Positions 37,863 through 48,562 of a DNA stretch of 64,000 nt are shown here, in pieces. The notes beneath the pieces are model-generated. The model was not told the DNA's origin and did no database searches. It saw only the letters and a program-made list of their open reading frames with translations. The position numbers and the translations under genes were made by a program. Numbering within the stretch: position 1 is the first letter of the stretch; every line of letters begins with the position of its first letter. The stretch comes from Candidatus Omnitrophota bacterium (GTDB taxonomy: Bacteria; Omnitrophota; Gorgyraeia; Zapsychrales; Fredricksoniimonadaceae): NCBI GenBank assembly GCA_044225175.1, contig JBGAJA010000002.1, positions 82,917-146,916 on the forward strand, read 5' to 3'.

Positions 37863-38425
37863 GATTGTGATTCTATATGTTTAATGTGTTGTTCAACGCT
37901 GTAACCTTGGGATAAATCGGAAGGTCTGCCAACCTTGGTTCGTGGATCATAGAGTGTGCGTGATTGCTCTCCTTTTTGAATCTTTTCCTGCAATTTAATC
38001 AAACCATCAATAACATTTTCAGGACGAGGAGGGCAGCCGGGGATATAAATATCGACCGGTATAATAGTGTCAATCCCCTGAACGGTCGCATAATTATCGT
38101 AGAACCCACCAGTGCATGTGCAAACTCCAAAGGCTACAACCCATTTTGGTTCACACATTTGATCATACACCGTCTTTAAAACGGGTGCCATCTTATGACT
38201 GATTGTTCCTACCACAAAAAGTACATCTGATTGTCGAGGAGAAAATCTTGGGAAACCTGCTCCAAAACGATCCACATCATAATGAGATGCCGCCGTGGCC
38301 ATGTATTCCATGCCGCAGCAAGCTGTTACGAAAGGATACTGAAAAATAGAATATTTACGGGCCCAGCCTAAAGCATCATTTAACTTAGCAGTAAAAAAAT
38401 TTGTTGGTGAACTCATAAATGACAT
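37859..38425 (-). CDS. nuoB: NADH-quinone oxidoreductase subunit B
   Basis: ACCGME, SPRQSD and YIPGCPPRPE motifs. Confidence 0.95.
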   Translation of the reverse strand: MSFMSSPTNFFTAKLNDALGWARKYSIFQYPFVTACCGMEYMATAASHYDVDRFGAGFPRFSPRQSDVLFVVGTISHKMAPVLKTVYDQMCEPKWVVAFGVCTCTGGFYDNYATVQGIDTIIPVDIYIPGCPPRPENVIDGLIKLQEKIQKGEQSRTLYDPRTKVGRPSDLSQGYSVEQHIKHIESQS

Positions 38426-38437
38426 ACGCTTAACTCC

Positions 38438-38791
38438 TTATGACCACTCTAGGGCTTTCTTTTTCCAAACATAAACAAAGCCTAAAACGACAAAACCCAT
38501 AAAAACACCCATTTCAATCAACCCAAACATCCCTAACTCACGAAAAAGAACTGCCCAAGGGAAAAAGAACACCATCTCAACGTCAAAAATAATAAAAAGC
38601 ATAGCTACGATATAAAAATGCACCGGCATTTGCCCAATGGGAAGCGAGAAAGCTTCCTTACCGCATTCAAAAGGTCTTGATTTAATTTCACTGGGATTTT
38701 TAGGGGCAAGGATTTTAGGCAGCACAAGCAAAAGCATGGCTACCGCGATTGAAAACAGAAAAGCAAATATGATTGCAATGTATTCGAGCAT
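38438..38791 (-). CDS. nuoA: NADH-quinone oxidoreductase subunit A
   Basis: PFECG, FYIVAMLFIIFDVE and ALEW motifs. Confidence 0.95.
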   Translation of the reverse strand: MLEYIAIIFAFLFSIAVAMLLLVLPKILAPKNPSEIKSRPFECGKEAFSLPIGQMPVHFYIVAMLFIIFDVEMVFFFPWAVLFRELGMFGLIEMGVFMGFVVLGFVYVWKKKALEWS

Positions 38792-38908
38792 TTGAGGATA
38801 TGACGTAATTTGTAATATAAATAATAAGACAGAACAATTTTAGTGAATCTAAACAAATAGGCAAGAATTTATTGGGAAATCATTTCAAAAATAGTCCGGT
38901 GTCCGTCT

Positions 38909-39949
38909 TTACTTCATGGATTGAAACATTGTGTATGGATAAATACCTGAGGCGTGGCCATCACTCCATGTGATACTCAACGCATAGTTACCTAAGGGTA
39001 AAATTTCTTTGGGGGTGATGTCTGCTGGGATTTTGGATGGATCAAGTGTTCTTTTGCCGGTGATCTCAGAGACACACAGAGCACAAGGACAGTTGATACG
39101 AAGGTCATAAGCTTTAGCCATCAATTTACGTTCATCGCTAAAGCGCAGTACGATGTTTCCGTCGAGGAATTGGGCGTCTTCAAGGCTGTCTTGAGAATCG
39201 AGCACGGCGTCCACGGATTTTAGCAGTTCATCGGCTGCTTTTTGAATATAGGAATTGGCTTGGTATTGTCCGAAGCCTTGGGTCAACTCAGATACCAAAG
39301 GAACCTCAGCCAATGTTTTAATACCAAAGCGTTTAGACAAAGCTCCTGCTTTTTGCTCACCAAAGATATAATACTTAGCTTTTGTATCTGGAGCTACAAA
39401 ATAGGACATGTTTTCAATCACACCTAAGATGGGGACGTTGACCTTTTCAAACATCAGAATCCCACGCGCCACATCGACCAAAGACAGCGTATGGTGAGTT
39501 GTTACAATGACCGCTCCGGTCAATTTGACTGACTGTGTGATGGTCAATTGAATATCTCCGGTTCCAGGAGGCATGTCTAAAATCAGATAATCAAGCTGCC
39601 CCCACTCGGTTTGCAACAAGAGCTGTTGAATATAGCGCGTTACAATTGGCCCACGCATCACAGCTGGTGCATCGCCTAGAACGAAACCAAATGACATGAG
39701 CTTCAAACCTTGATGTTCCAAAGGAATGAGCATTTTGAATTCGTTGGATTGAAGTTTGACGGATGGTAAGCCAAATAATGCTGGCAAAGAAGGTCCATAA
39801 ATATCCGCATCCATAAGCCCCACCTTGAGCCCTCGTTGCAACAATTCCCAAGCCAAGGCCGCTGCAATCGTGGACTTCCCCACCCCCCCTTTGCAGGAAG
39901 AAACAGCAATAATATTCTTAACGTTAGTGAGTCCAAATGAATTTGACAT
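38909..39949 (-). CDS. mrp: Mrp/ApbC Fe-S cluster carrier ATPase fused to a C-terminal DUF971 (GBBH-like N) domain
   Basis: SCKGGVGKST, DADIYGPS and DMPPGTGD motifs; C-terminal LRINCPCALC..GNYAL.ITWSDGHASGIY. Confidence 0.9.
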   Translation of the reverse strand: MSNSFGLTNVKNIIAVSSCKGGVGKSTIAAALAWELLQRGLKVGLMDADIYGPSLPALFGLPSVKLQSNEFKMLIPLEHQGLKLMSFGFVLGDAPAVMRGPIVTRYIQQLLLQTEWGQLDYLILDMPPGTGDIQLTITQSVKLTGAVIVTTHHTLSLVDVARGILMFEKVNVPILGVIENMSYFVAPDTKAKYYIFGEQKAGALSKRFGIKTLAEVPLVSELTQGFGQYQANSYIQKAADELLKSVDAVLDSQDSLEDAQFLDGNIVLRFSDERKLMAKAYDLRINCPCALCVSEITGKRTLDPSKIPADITPKEILPLGNYALSITWSDGHASGIYPYTMFQSMK

Positions 39950-39966
39950 GAGTGAGATGCATTATA

Positions 39967-41019
39967 CTATTTTTTTAAAAGTTTTATCACAATCCCTACA
40001 AAAATTCCTGTTAGGACAAGATTAAAGGCTAGACTCAACATGGCAAGGGTTGTGACATAGCCTCCAAAGCCATAGCCTAAAGCAATGAGTAAGACAGCAG
40101 CTCCTACTTCCCCTCGGGGAAACATGGCAATACTTAAGGCTAAGCGTTCTCTGAGAGGCACTTCTTTGCGGTAACACAGTAAAGGAAAACATTTGCCTAG
40201 ATTGGCCAATACAGTCAGGAAAAAGACATGGCCGATCGTTGTCCCCAAAGAGATCCCACCTAAGGAAATCTTAGGGAAAGAAAGCCCCACGAGAAGCATA
40301 AACAGTCCCTTAATGGAGACATCTAACAACTTTCCTCCATTGGTATTTTGATTATGTTTAGAATGACGAATGAGGCATCCCAGCGTGAAAGCTGGAATCA
40401 AAACTTCTAAATGAATATTAGTCTTGTGTTTAATCAACAGGATACTTCCTGTTAGCACGAATGCATAGAACAAGAGTGCTGGTTTTTCAATCGGCCATTC
40501 TAGTGAGTTCTTCCATCGAAAAGAAATAAATAAAAATCCTGTAACTAAAACCACCAAAATGATCGCCTGCGGTTCAAAACCATAAAGAATGATTTGAAGG
40601 GGAGTCAATAATAAAAGAACAACCAAATCATCCAAAACTGCCAAAGTCTGAGCTTTCTTGTAAACCCATGTGCCACTTAATCCTGCTGCCATCAGCATTG
40701 CAAAAAGAACACCCGCGGAAGTTGGAGCACTCGAAAGACCTGAAAGTACCCCTGACTGCCAAGGACTTTGTAGAATCTCTGTGAAATAAATAAACCAAAA
40801 TACAGCTGGGAGAAAAGCAGCCAAAAAGGCAACAACAAAGTCCCATCTATAGCTTTTGATGGAACGCTGAGCTGAAGAAAACTCAAGCCCCACTTCAATC
40901 ATGATGTAAGACAGACAAGTTGATGTAATAAGGGTAAGTCCCCCTCTAAAAGAAGAGACATCCATCAGTTGTCCACCAACAATCCCGGCAATTAAAAGTA
41001 CACAAAAAGCAATAACCAT
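39967..41019 (-). CDS. Cation/H+ exchanger family membrane protein
   Basis: Many TM helices; APTSAGV, AVLDD and MFPRGEVG CPA-type motifs. Confidence 0.7.
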   Translation of the reverse strand: MVIAFCVLLIAGIVGGQLMDVSSFRGGLTLITSTCLSYIMIEVGLEFSSAQRSIKSYRWDFVVAFLAAFLPAVFWFIYFTEILQSPWQSGVLSGLSSAPTSAGVLFAMLMAAGLSGTWVYKKAQTLAVLDDLVVLLLLTPLQIILYGFEPQAIILVVLVTGFLFISFRWKNSLEWPIEKPALLFYAFVLTGSILLIKHKTNIHLEVLIPAFTLGCLIRHSKHNQNTNGGKLLDVSIKGLFMLLVGLSFPKISLGGISLGTTIGHVFFLTVLANLGKCFPLLCYRKEVPLRERLALSIAMFPRGEVGAAVLLIALGYGFGGYVTTLAMLSLAFNLVLTGIFVGIVIKLLKK

Positions 41020-41100
41020 AAGACTATCCTAAAGATTTTTTAATACTGACTTCACATTAATTTAATCTTTGAAAGATTAAAATTTATTTATAAAGAAAGG

Positions 41101-41436
41101 ATGATCATGAAAAAAACAAACCCTAGGAATAAAAAACCATCTGATAACTTGAGTGCAAGAAGCAAAGGCCGCTCATTGAAGAAAAACCAAGATGATTCTC
41201 AAGAAAACATTATTGATACAATCGCTCTTAATCAAGGTCTTGCTGAAGAATTTCGAGAACCCGAAGTTAGCAATTTGGATGATTCAGAACTCAAAACATC
41301 CTCGTGGGATGAGACCCAAGACCGTGGAGAAGATTTAGCCGACAACAGAGACCCCTTGATTCAAGAGGAGGATTTTGATGATGAAAACTTGGCTGATCGA
41401 TTTGATAAAGAACGTAGAAATAGTAAAGATATGTAG
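41101..41436 (+). CDS. Hypothetical protein (basic N-terminus, acidic C-terminus)
   Basis: Open ORF filling the intergenic gap, purine-rich RBS region; no recognised motif. Confidence 0.55.
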   Translation: MIMKKTNPRNKKPSDNLSARSKGRSLKKNQDDSQENIIDTIALNQGLAEEFREPEVSNLDDSELKTSSWDETQDRGEDLADNRDPLIQEEDFDDENLADRFDKERRNSKDM

Positions 41437-41447
41437 CTGCTGAGCTT

Positions 41448-42545
41448 CTACAAATTTTCTAAGATCATGTCCATATCAACATAATTCTTAAAGAGTCTGT
41501 GGGCTTCGCGAATTTTGTCTTTATCTGTCTTTTGAATTTTGCATGTGAGATTTTCAACAGCAGCTGCAATTGTGTATGTATCCGCATCAGAATAAAGAAC
41601 GGGGATGCGACTGTCTTTTAAAAGACCAGCGATCTTAGGGCCTGGAAGCAATCCTCCTGTTAAAATGAGTCCCGCAACTTTTACACTTTTCCCTTCTTTT
41701 AAAAGATAGGATGAGACGGCAACTAAAATATTGTCCACTCGATCTCCAGATGTAATAACCAAAGCACCGTCACGCAGATGACCAATCATATTATAAGGTT
41801 CCATTGCAGCCACAATGGCATCTTTGACATATGTTTGTAAGTTTTCTTCTCCAGAAAAGATTTTCAAATCCAATCGTTCTTGGATTTGTTGAACAGTCGG
41901 AGCGCTTAACATTTCTGTTTCTGGAATTGCCCCTAAAAGCCTAATGCCTTTGCGTTCTAGACCTTTTCCCACAATCTTTTTAATTTTGTCTAACTTATCA
42001 GGAATGATCTTATTAACAATAACACCTAAAACCTCTACATTGCATTGATCGAAGAGTGCTTTATTAAGCATAATCTCATCGATCGCCCGGCCAATTCCAC
42101 CCTGAGAAATGATAATGACTTTAGAACCAAGCAATGATGCTACATCTGCATTGGAGCAATCAATGACAGCACCCACCCCTGCATGACCTGTACCTTCGAC
42201 GATGATTGCGCTTTTACCCTTAACAAGCTTATTGAATGATTTTTTAATTTTCTGCTGTAGAAATTCTTTCTGAGGATCAAGGATATATTGTTCTGTGTAT
42301 CCTTTCCCAACAGTCACAGGAGACATGTCACTAATATGCTTATTACAGTGGTACACTTGGCCTATCAAATAAGTGTCTTTGTCGATGGGGTGTTCACCAT
42401 ACCTGACGGTTTCTTGACCCACCGGCTTCATAAATGCGGTTCTAATTTTTCTTTCTTGGAAACTTTTAAAAAGACCTAGAGAGATCGTGGTTTTACCCGC
42501 GTTCTGATGAATGGCAGAAATAAAAATGTTTTTTAATTTTTTCAT
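41448..42545 (-). CDS. Phosphotransacetylase N-terminal-like protein (BioD-like P-loop plus DRTGG domain)
   Basis: QNAGKTT, FMKPVG, IVEGTGH and ITSGDRVD motifs; no catalytic Pta domain. Likely start at ATG 42545. Confidence 0.85.
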   Translation of the reverse strand: MKKLKNIFISAIHQNAGKTTISLGLFKSFQERKIRTAFMKPVGQETVRYGEHPIDKDTYLIGQVYHCNKHISDMSPVTVGKGYTEQYILDPQKEFLQQKIKKSFNKLVKGKSAIIVEGTGHAGVGAVIDCSNADVASLLGSKVIIISQGGIGRAIDEIMLNKALFDQCNVEVLGVIVNKIIPDKLDKIKKIVGKGLERKGIRLLGAIPETEMLSAPTVQQIQERLDLKIFSGEENLQTYVKDAIVAAMEPYNMIGHLRDGALVITSGDRVDNILVAVSSYLLKEGKSVKVAGLILTGGLLPGPKIAGLLKDSRIPVLYSDADTYTIAAAVENLTCKIQKTDKDKIREAHRLFKNYVDMDMILENL

Positions 42546-42562
42546 ATGGGTTAACAAAGATT

Positions 42563-42591
42563 GTAAAGACGAAGCAGTGCCGCGTCTCTAC
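42563..42591. repeat. Degenerate REP overlapping the sucD stop codon
   Basis: On the minus strand, GTAGAGACGCGGCACTGCTTCGTCTTTAC. Confidence 0.6.
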
Positions 42592-43457
42592 TTTAGCCTT
42601 TGAGCTAAGGCTTGAGGAATTTCATCAGGAAAGTCAATCACATGAACACCGGCATCTCGTAAGATTTGCATTTTAGCTTCTGCAGTTGAATCTCCAGAGG
42701 AAATGATAGCACCCGCATGACCCATACGTTTTCCCGCAGGAGCGGTACGGCCGGCAATAAAAGAAACAACAGGTTTTTTAACATAGCTTTTAATGAAATC
42801 CGCGGCAAGCTGTTCATCTCCCCCACCGATTTCACCAACCATGACAATACCTTGTGTTTCAGGATCATCTTGAAACATTTTTAAAATATCAACAAAGCGA
42901 GTTCCAATAATGGGGTCACCACCTAAACCAACGCAAGAACTTTGACCCATGTGATTAAGAGTCAAATTATAAACCACTTCATAGGTTAAAGTTCCTGAAC
43001 GAGAGACAACACCAATCCCGCCTGGCTTATGAATATGGCCTGGCATAATACCTATTTTAGATTTTCCCGGTGATATTAATCCTGGGCAATTAGGACCTAT
43101 CAAACGGCATTTGCTGGCATTCAATGCTTTTTTAACTTCAACCATGTCAATGACAGGAACACCTTCGGTAATACAAACAATCAACTCAAGACCATTGGCA
43201 ATATCTTCAAGCATGGCATCTTTGGCAAACTTAGCTGGTACATAAATAACAGCCGCTGTTGCTCCAGTTGCATCTTTGGCTTCTTTAACCGAGTTAAAAA
43301 CTGGGATTCCTTCAAGACTTTGTCCGCCTTTGCCAGGAGTTACACCGCCGACAACGTTTGTGCCATATTCCTTCATTTGCTTAGCATGAAATGAACCGTC
43401 GCGTCCAGTAATCCCTTGAACAATAACTTTTGTGTTTTGATCGATCAGTATACTCAT
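42588..43457 (-). CDS. sucD: Succinyl-CoA synthetase alpha subunit
   Basis: [30 protein letters not shown] and RMGHAGAII motifs. Confidence 0.97.
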   Translation of the reverse strand: MSILIDQNTKVIVQGITGRDGSFHAKQMKEYGTNVVGGVTPGKGGQSLEGIPVFNSVKEAKDATGATAAVIYVPAKFAKDAMLEDIANGLELIVCITEGVPVIDMVEVKKALNASKCRLIGPNCPGLISPGKSKIGIMPGHIHKPGGIGVVSRSGTLTYEVVYNLTLNHMGQSSCVGLGGDPIIGTRFVDILKMFQDDPETQGIVMVGEIGGGDEQLAADFIKSYVKKPVVSFIAGRTAPAGKRMGHAGAIISSGDSTAEAKMQILRDAGVHVIDFPDEIPQALAQRLK

Positions 43458-43458
43458 A

Positions 43459-44592
43459 TTATTTATTCACCACTTTAACAGCTTCAGTGACTGCCTGACG
43501 CATGGAAGAAAATGTTGTAAGACCAGCTTTTGTGAGCATTTCTTTAGCAATGGCTTCATTGGTCCCAGTTAAACGAATGACAAGAGGAACAGGCATTTTG
43601 ATTTGTTCTAGGGCCTTTAAAATACCGCTGGCAATGTCATCACAGCGGGTGATTCCACCAAAAATATTAATCAAAATGACTTTGATATCAGGATTTCTTA
43701 AAATAATTTTAAGAGCATTTAAAACTTTTTCAGGATTTGAGCTTCCACCCACATCTAAGAAGTTTGCGGGTTTACCTCCCAGAAGATTGACGGCATCCAT
43801 AGTACCCATGGCTAGACCTGCTCCATTAACAATGCAACCAACGTTTCCATCTAATTTCACAAAGCTCAAACCTTTTTCTTTAGCTTCAAGTTCATCGGCA
43901 TCTTCATATTTCATATCCATCATCTTGCCGACAGCCTCTTGACGATAAAGGGCATTATCATCAATGATGACCTTGGCATCAGCAGCAATCAAATTACCTT
44001 CGCCATTGATAACAAATGGATTAATTTCAGCCAAAGAACAATCTTTCTCAAAGAATAACTTCACAAGTTTAGAAATAATTGCGGTCGCACTCTTTTGAAG
44101 ACGTATATCGGTAAATAATTGGGCAACGACAGGGGCCCAGCGAGCTTCATCCAAAGTTTTTTGACCTTGCATGTAGAATTTAAGGATTTTCTCAGGATTT
44201 GTTTTGGCAGTTTCTTCAATCTCCACACCACCTTCAGCGGATGCGATAATAACCACATCGCCTTTGATGTTATCGATTGTTACTGCGACATAAATTTCTT
44301 TCTTAATATCGATGGCTTTAGCAACGAGGATACGTTCAACGCTATAGCCTTTTATGGTAAGTTTTTTGATACGGTCAAATTCACTGATTAAATCAGTTTC
44401 ATTATTTACGACTTTAACACCACCTGCTTTGCCTCGTCCACCTACTAGGACCTGGGCTTTGATAACTACAGGAAGGCCAAATTTTCTAACGAGATTGACA
44501 GCCTCAGAGGAAGTTTCAGCAACGCCTCCTTGAGCGATGGGAATTTCATATTGGGCAAATAAGTCTCTGGCTTGATATTCATGAATCTTCAT
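43459..44592 (-). CDS. sucC: Succinyl-CoA synthetase beta subunit
   Basis: [30 protein letters not shown] and [10 protein letters not shown] motifs. Confidence 0.97.
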   Translation of the reverse strand: MKIHEYQARDLFAQYEIPIAQGGVAETSSEAVNLVRKFGLPVVIKAQVLVGGRGKAGGVKVVNNETDLISEFDRIKKLTIKGYSVERILVAKAIDIKKEIYVAVTIDNIKGDVVIIASAEGGVEIEETAKTNPEKILKFYMQGQKTLDEARWAPVVAQLFTDIRLQKSATAIISKLVKLFFEKDCSLAEINPFVINGEGNLIAADAKVIIDDNALYRQEAVGKMMDMKYEDADELEAKEKGLSFVKLDGNVGCIVNGAGLAMGTMDAVNLLGGKPANFLDVGGSSNPEKVLNALKIILRNPDIKVILINIFGGITRCDDIASGILKALEQIKMPVPLVIRLTGTNEAIAKEMLTKAGLTTFSSMRQAVTEAVKVVNK

Positions 44593-44645
44593 ATGGTCAG
44601 AATCTTATCATAGATTTTTAAATGTCCTAGGGAATTAAAAGAAAT

Positions 44646-45422
44646 TTATTTAAAGATTTCTTTGAAGAACGCTTGCATTCTGTTCCAGGATTTTAGATCC
44701 GCACTTTTATTATATTTAGCACCCTTCATCTCGCCGGTATTAGCTGGATTTGTAAATCCATGTACAGCGCCAGGATATTTGACCAATTGATAATTCACGT
44801 TTGCATCTTTCATTTCTTTTTCAAAATCGGCAACTTCGGAAGGTGGAACAAATGGATCATCGGCCCCATGAAGAGCAAGAACTCCTCCTTTGATATTATT
44901 TGCATCCTCTGGTGTAGGAGAACTTAATCCTCCATGAAAACTCACAACACCTTTAACATCTGCTCCTGCCCTGGCTAATTCTAAGACGGTGGTTCCACCA
45001 AAACAATATCCGATTGCAGCAAGCTTTGTTTGATCAACATTAGGTTGAGCTTTTAATTGATCTAATCCAGCAATCACTCTTTCCCTAAGCAAAGAACGAT
45101 TTCCTTTATACAATCCTGAAACCTTGCCCGCTTCTTCCACGGATTGAGGACGGATATCTTTGCCGTAAATGTCAGCCGCAAAAGCCACATAACCTAATTT
45201 AGCCAACATATCGGCACGCATCTTTGCATAATCATTAAGGCCCTTCCATTCATGCACTACCAAAACGCCTGGCCGTTGACCTGTAAATTTTGTGTCGTAG
45301 GATAAATAGCCTTGGAGAGTGACATCGCCTTGCTTATATTCCACCATTTGGGTCTTAAGGTCAGCATAAGCTTGAGTTATCAAACCGAAAGACAAAAGAA
45401 ACATTATGATAAAAGCACGCAT
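44646..45422 (-). CDS. Dienelactone hydrolase family protein (with signal peptide)
   Basis: HEWKGLN, GYCFGG, HGADD and AVHGFTN motifs. Confidence 0.9.
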   Translation of the reverse strand: MRAFIIMFLLSFGLITQAYADLKTQMVEYKQGDVTLQGYLSYDTKFTGQRPGVLVVHEWKGLNDYAKMRADMLAKLGYVAFAADIYGKDIRPQSVEEAGKVSGLYKGNRSLLRERVIAGLDQLKAQPNVDQTKLAAIGYCFGGTTVLELARAGADVKGVVSFHGGLSSPTPEDANNIKGGVLALHGADDPFVPPSEVADFEKEMKDANVNYQLVKYPGAVHGFTNPANTGEMKGAKYNKSADLKSWNRMQAFFKEIFK

Positions 45423-45518
45423 ATCTTAGACTCCCTATTTTAAAAATGTTATTAAAAAGGCCCCGCTTTTTATAGCGGGGCTATTTTAACAATGAATCCT
45501 GCCTTATGAAATCATTAT

Positions 45519-45734
45519 TTAACTTGCAGAAGCATGTAGCGCCTTTGTTTCCAACTTATCTGGATGACCTTTCATCCCCTTATGGTGCTTATGTACTCGG
45601 TGCATTTTCTTCTCTGATTTTTCGACTTTCTTGACTTCCGATTTAACTTCTACGGCTGTTGGTGCTGCAACTGTACTAGTTGACCTTATGTTTTTGCTCG
45701 GGAGTCATTTGGTAGTTTCTTTCCATAATGACAT
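45519..45734 (-). pseudogene. Short ORF interrupted by an in-frame TGA
   Basis: AAGGAG RBS, ATG at 45734, TGA at codon 10; the frame continues (..STVAAPTAVEVKSEVKKVEK..HKHHKG..) to TAA at 45519, followed by a terminator at 45456-45487. Confidence 0.4.
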
Positions 45735-45863
45735 TAAAAGCTCCTTGATCTCCGCTTTTAAATGCCATCATCAAAACTACGTCAGGATCTTCTAAATAAG
45801 GGTTTGGTTTGGCAGAAAAAAATAACATGTTTGGTTTGCTTTTCAATTAAAGGCACTTATTAT

Positions 45864-46508
45864 ATGGGTCATATGGAACACATTAAAGACATCCTTGATG
45901 TTTTTCTTCACCTAGACCATCATATCAGCAATTTACAAGCCATGTGCGGTTCCTGGACGTATGTGGTTTTATTTCTCATTATTTTTTGTGAAACCGGCCT
46001 TGTCATTATTCCTTTTCTTCCAGGAGATTCATTGCTTTTTGTCTTAGGTGCTCTTTGTGCCTCTGGAACTTTCAATATCTTAATCCTCGGGCCCTTATTG
46101 CTGGTCGCAGCTGTATTAGGCAACACCATCAATTATTTAATTGGGACAAAAATGGCTCATATCATTGAGAATAAAGAACAAAAGCTGATTGATCCTAAAC
46201 ATTTGCAAAGCACCCACCAATTCTTTGAAAAATATGGAAGCAAAGCTATTGTGCTGACCCGTTTCTTACCTATTTTAAGAACCATTGCCCCGTTCTTAGC
46301 AGGGGTTGGAAAAATGGATTACCGCAAATTTACCTTTTATAATTTTATTGGCGGGTTCTTATGGGTAACAATCGGTCTTGGGGCTGGATGGTTGTTTGGA
46401 CAATTGCCTTGGGTTAAAGAAAATTTCTCTTTAGTAGTACTTGCAATTGTAGTGATCTCTCTTATCCCTGCTGGTATTGAATTCTGGAAGCACAAAAAGC
46501 AAATTTAA
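45864..46508 (+). CDS. dedA: DedA family membrane protein
   Basis: FCETGL..FLPGDSLL, FFEKYG and RFLPILRT motifs. Start at ATG 45864 or 45873. Confidence 0.92.
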   Translation: MGHMEHIKDILDVFLHLDHHISNLQAMCGSWTYVVLFLIIFCETGLVIIPFLPGDSLLFVLGALCASGTFNILILGPLLLVAAVLGNTINYLIGTKMAHIIENKEQKLIDPKHLQSTHQFFEKYGSKAIVLTRFLPILRTIAPFLAGVGKMDYRKFTFYNFIGGFLWVTIGLGAGWLFGQLPWVKENFSLVVLAIVVISLIPAGIEFWKHKKQI

Positions 46509-47941
46509 ATCTCTGTAATAATGGTATCTGCTTTAGGAAAATCTTGATCTTCTTCTTTAAGTATCAAAAGAAAAGTATCCACAACATCGGGATGGAATTG
46601 GGTTCCTCTATTATTGACTAGTTGCTCAATTGCCTTTTCTTTGCTCAAAGCATATCGATACGCCCGACTGGAAATCATCGCATCATAGCTGTCGGCCACA
46701 GTTACAATGGCCACCATTAAAGGAATATTATCTTTAGCTAATCCATCCGGATATCCCTTACCGTCGAAACGTTCATGGTGGTTTCGAACAATAGATAAAA
46801 GTTGAGGATCATTGACCATAGGACGCAAGATTTGTTCTCCTAAAACAGGGTGTGTCTTAATAATGTCCCATTCAGAAGAAGTTAAGTCACCTGGTTTAAG
46901 TAAAATGCTGTCTCTTACACCAACTTTTCCGATGTCATGAAGAAGAACTATTCTTTTAAAATTCTCAACTAGCTGCGGATTGAGTCCCATGCGAAGGGCT
47001 ATTTTTTCTGAATAGTATGCAACTGCTTCAGAATGACCCAAAGTATAGTGATCTTTGGCTTCCAAAAGCATCATCAGTGATTTTACGGAATCATAAAAAT
47101 AACTGTTCAGCTTTTTTTGTGATTCGTGCAGCCCCCTTGCCATTTCATTAAAAGCTTTTGCCAATTGAGAAATTTCGTCATTCCCCTTCACTCTGACCTG
47201 ATAATGTAAGTTTCCTTCGTTAATATAGTTAATCCCTCTCGTAAGCTGGGTAATAGGTCCTACAACTCGCCGTGAAATAAAGAATCCTAAAACCATTGCA
47301 AAGAGAGCTCCTACTGCTAATAAAAGCAAAGACGTGTTACGAATTTGGTTTTCCATGATATAGATATTGCTAGCATCCATATCAACTCCTAAAACAGCTA
47401 TAGGTCTGCCTAGGCCATCTCTAATGGGAGCATAACCCGAAAGCGTTGTTCCCCATTCATCTTTCTCTAACTTTAAATCTGCTCCTGAAACATCAAAACC
47501 TTTGACCATTTCTGAAAATCTATTTGCATCATAGGCTTCTCCCGGAGTAGATCCTTTTTGAAGAACACCATTTTCTCCCTCTTCGTCCAAATCCACTAAA
47601 AATTTCCAAACCTTTCCGCTGTCCGATTTTGTTAAAATATAAATGTATTTAATTTGTGGGTTGGCTACCTTAATATTCTTAAGCTGCTGGCTAATGATTT
47701 GATACCCCTGAGTATTGACACCTTCTTTAGTCAAAGGTATTTGGGCCAAGTATTCCGAATTGATGGTCATGGCTGCTGTACGAGCCAGAGTTTTTAGATA
47801 GGTGCGGCGACTTTCGAATTGTGTTTTGACGGTAAATTGATAAATGATCACGTCACCTAAAGAGACAAGGATGACCATGGAGCTTATTATTGCGAGGGTA
47901 ACACGAAAACCAAATGATCCTATAGACTTTTTGATATACAC
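46505..47941 (-). CDS. Membrane sensor with HAMP and HD-GYP domains (c-di-GMP phosphodiesterase)
   Basis: Two TM helices, a Cache-like periplasmic domain, HAMP (DEISQLAKAFNEM), LHDIGK and HHERFDGKGYP. Confidence 0.92.
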   Translation of the reverse strand: MYIKKSIGSFGFRVTLAIISSMVILVSLGDVIIYQFTVKTQFESRRTYLKTLARTAAMTINSEYLAQIPLTKEGVNTQGYQIISQQLKNIKVANPQIKYIYILTKSDSGKVWKFLVDLDEEGENGVLQKGSTPGEAYDANRFSEMVKGFDVSGADLKLEKDEWGTTLSGYAPIRDGLGRPIAVLGVDMDASNIYIMENQIRNTSLLLLAVGALFAMVLGFFISRRVVGPITQLTRGINYINEGNLHYQVRVKGNDEISQLAKAFNEMARGLHESQKKLNSYFYDSVKSLMMLLEAKDHYTLGHSEAVAYYSEKIALRMGLNPQLVENFKRIVLLHDIGKVGVRDSILLKPGDLTSSEWDIIKTHPVLGEQILRPMVNDPQLLSIVRNHHERFDGKGYPDGLAKDNIPLMVAIVTVADSYDAMISSRAYRYALSKEKAIEQLVNNRGTQFHPDVVDTFLLILKEEDQDFPKADTIITEI

Positions 47942-48027
47942 TCTCTTTCTTTAACCTTTCAAGATCTAAAGCTCCTCTATTAAGTATATCCGTCTATATT
48001 TTAAAATCCAAATTTTGAATTCTCCAT

Positions 48028-48432
48028 CTAGAATATAATTCCTTCATTATCACCTGCTTGCAGATAGCGAGTCAAAATGGTGGTATTCCCAACATCCGCC
48101 AATTTTGAGAAACTTTCTTCCATCCACTTAACCCATTTTATATTTGAAGCATCATCCGAATTGAATCTGATGCCGCACAAATAATGAGCTTTGTTTTCTC
48201 CCACCTTCCTAAACCACACCAGCTTTCCTTTCTGAGGAAGCGTCGGTGTTTCTTCACATTTTAATGAAAGAGTCATTCCATGTTCTGGGGAAAAAAGACG
48301 GTCGGTCTCAAAAAGCATACCTGTTTTACTGACATTAAATGCAGTGCCTTTTCCTTCGGTTTTCTGATCTGTGACTGACCAATCTAAATCTATTTGTTGA
48401 CGTAAACGAAAACTCTGACGATTTTCTATCAT
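48028..48432 (-). CDS. PilZ domain protein
   Basis: RQSFR and NVSKTG motifs, LVW, GIRF. Confidence 0.8.
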   Translation of the reverse strand: MIENRQSFRLRQQIDLDWSVTDQKTEGKGTAFNVSKTGMLFETDRLFSPEHGMTLSLKCEETPTLPQKGKLVWFRKVGENKAHYLCGIRFNSDDASNIKWVKWMEESFSKLADVGNTTILTRYLQAGDNEGIIF

Positions 48433-48562
48433 AGTATCCTCCTCGTAGTAAATTTCATTCTACCCAAAATGAAACCCCTTTGCAAAATAATTATCCATGA
48501 GAAATATTACATCTTATTGATGTGCTATGATGGTTTAATGACCTGTCCTAAGTGAGGATAAC

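Noticed and set aside
45705-45707. In-frame TGA as selenocysteine or an alternative genetic code
   Set aside because: No redox motif context or evident SECIS hairpin, and TGA acts as a normal stop in nuoJ, nuoL, nuoB and infC.
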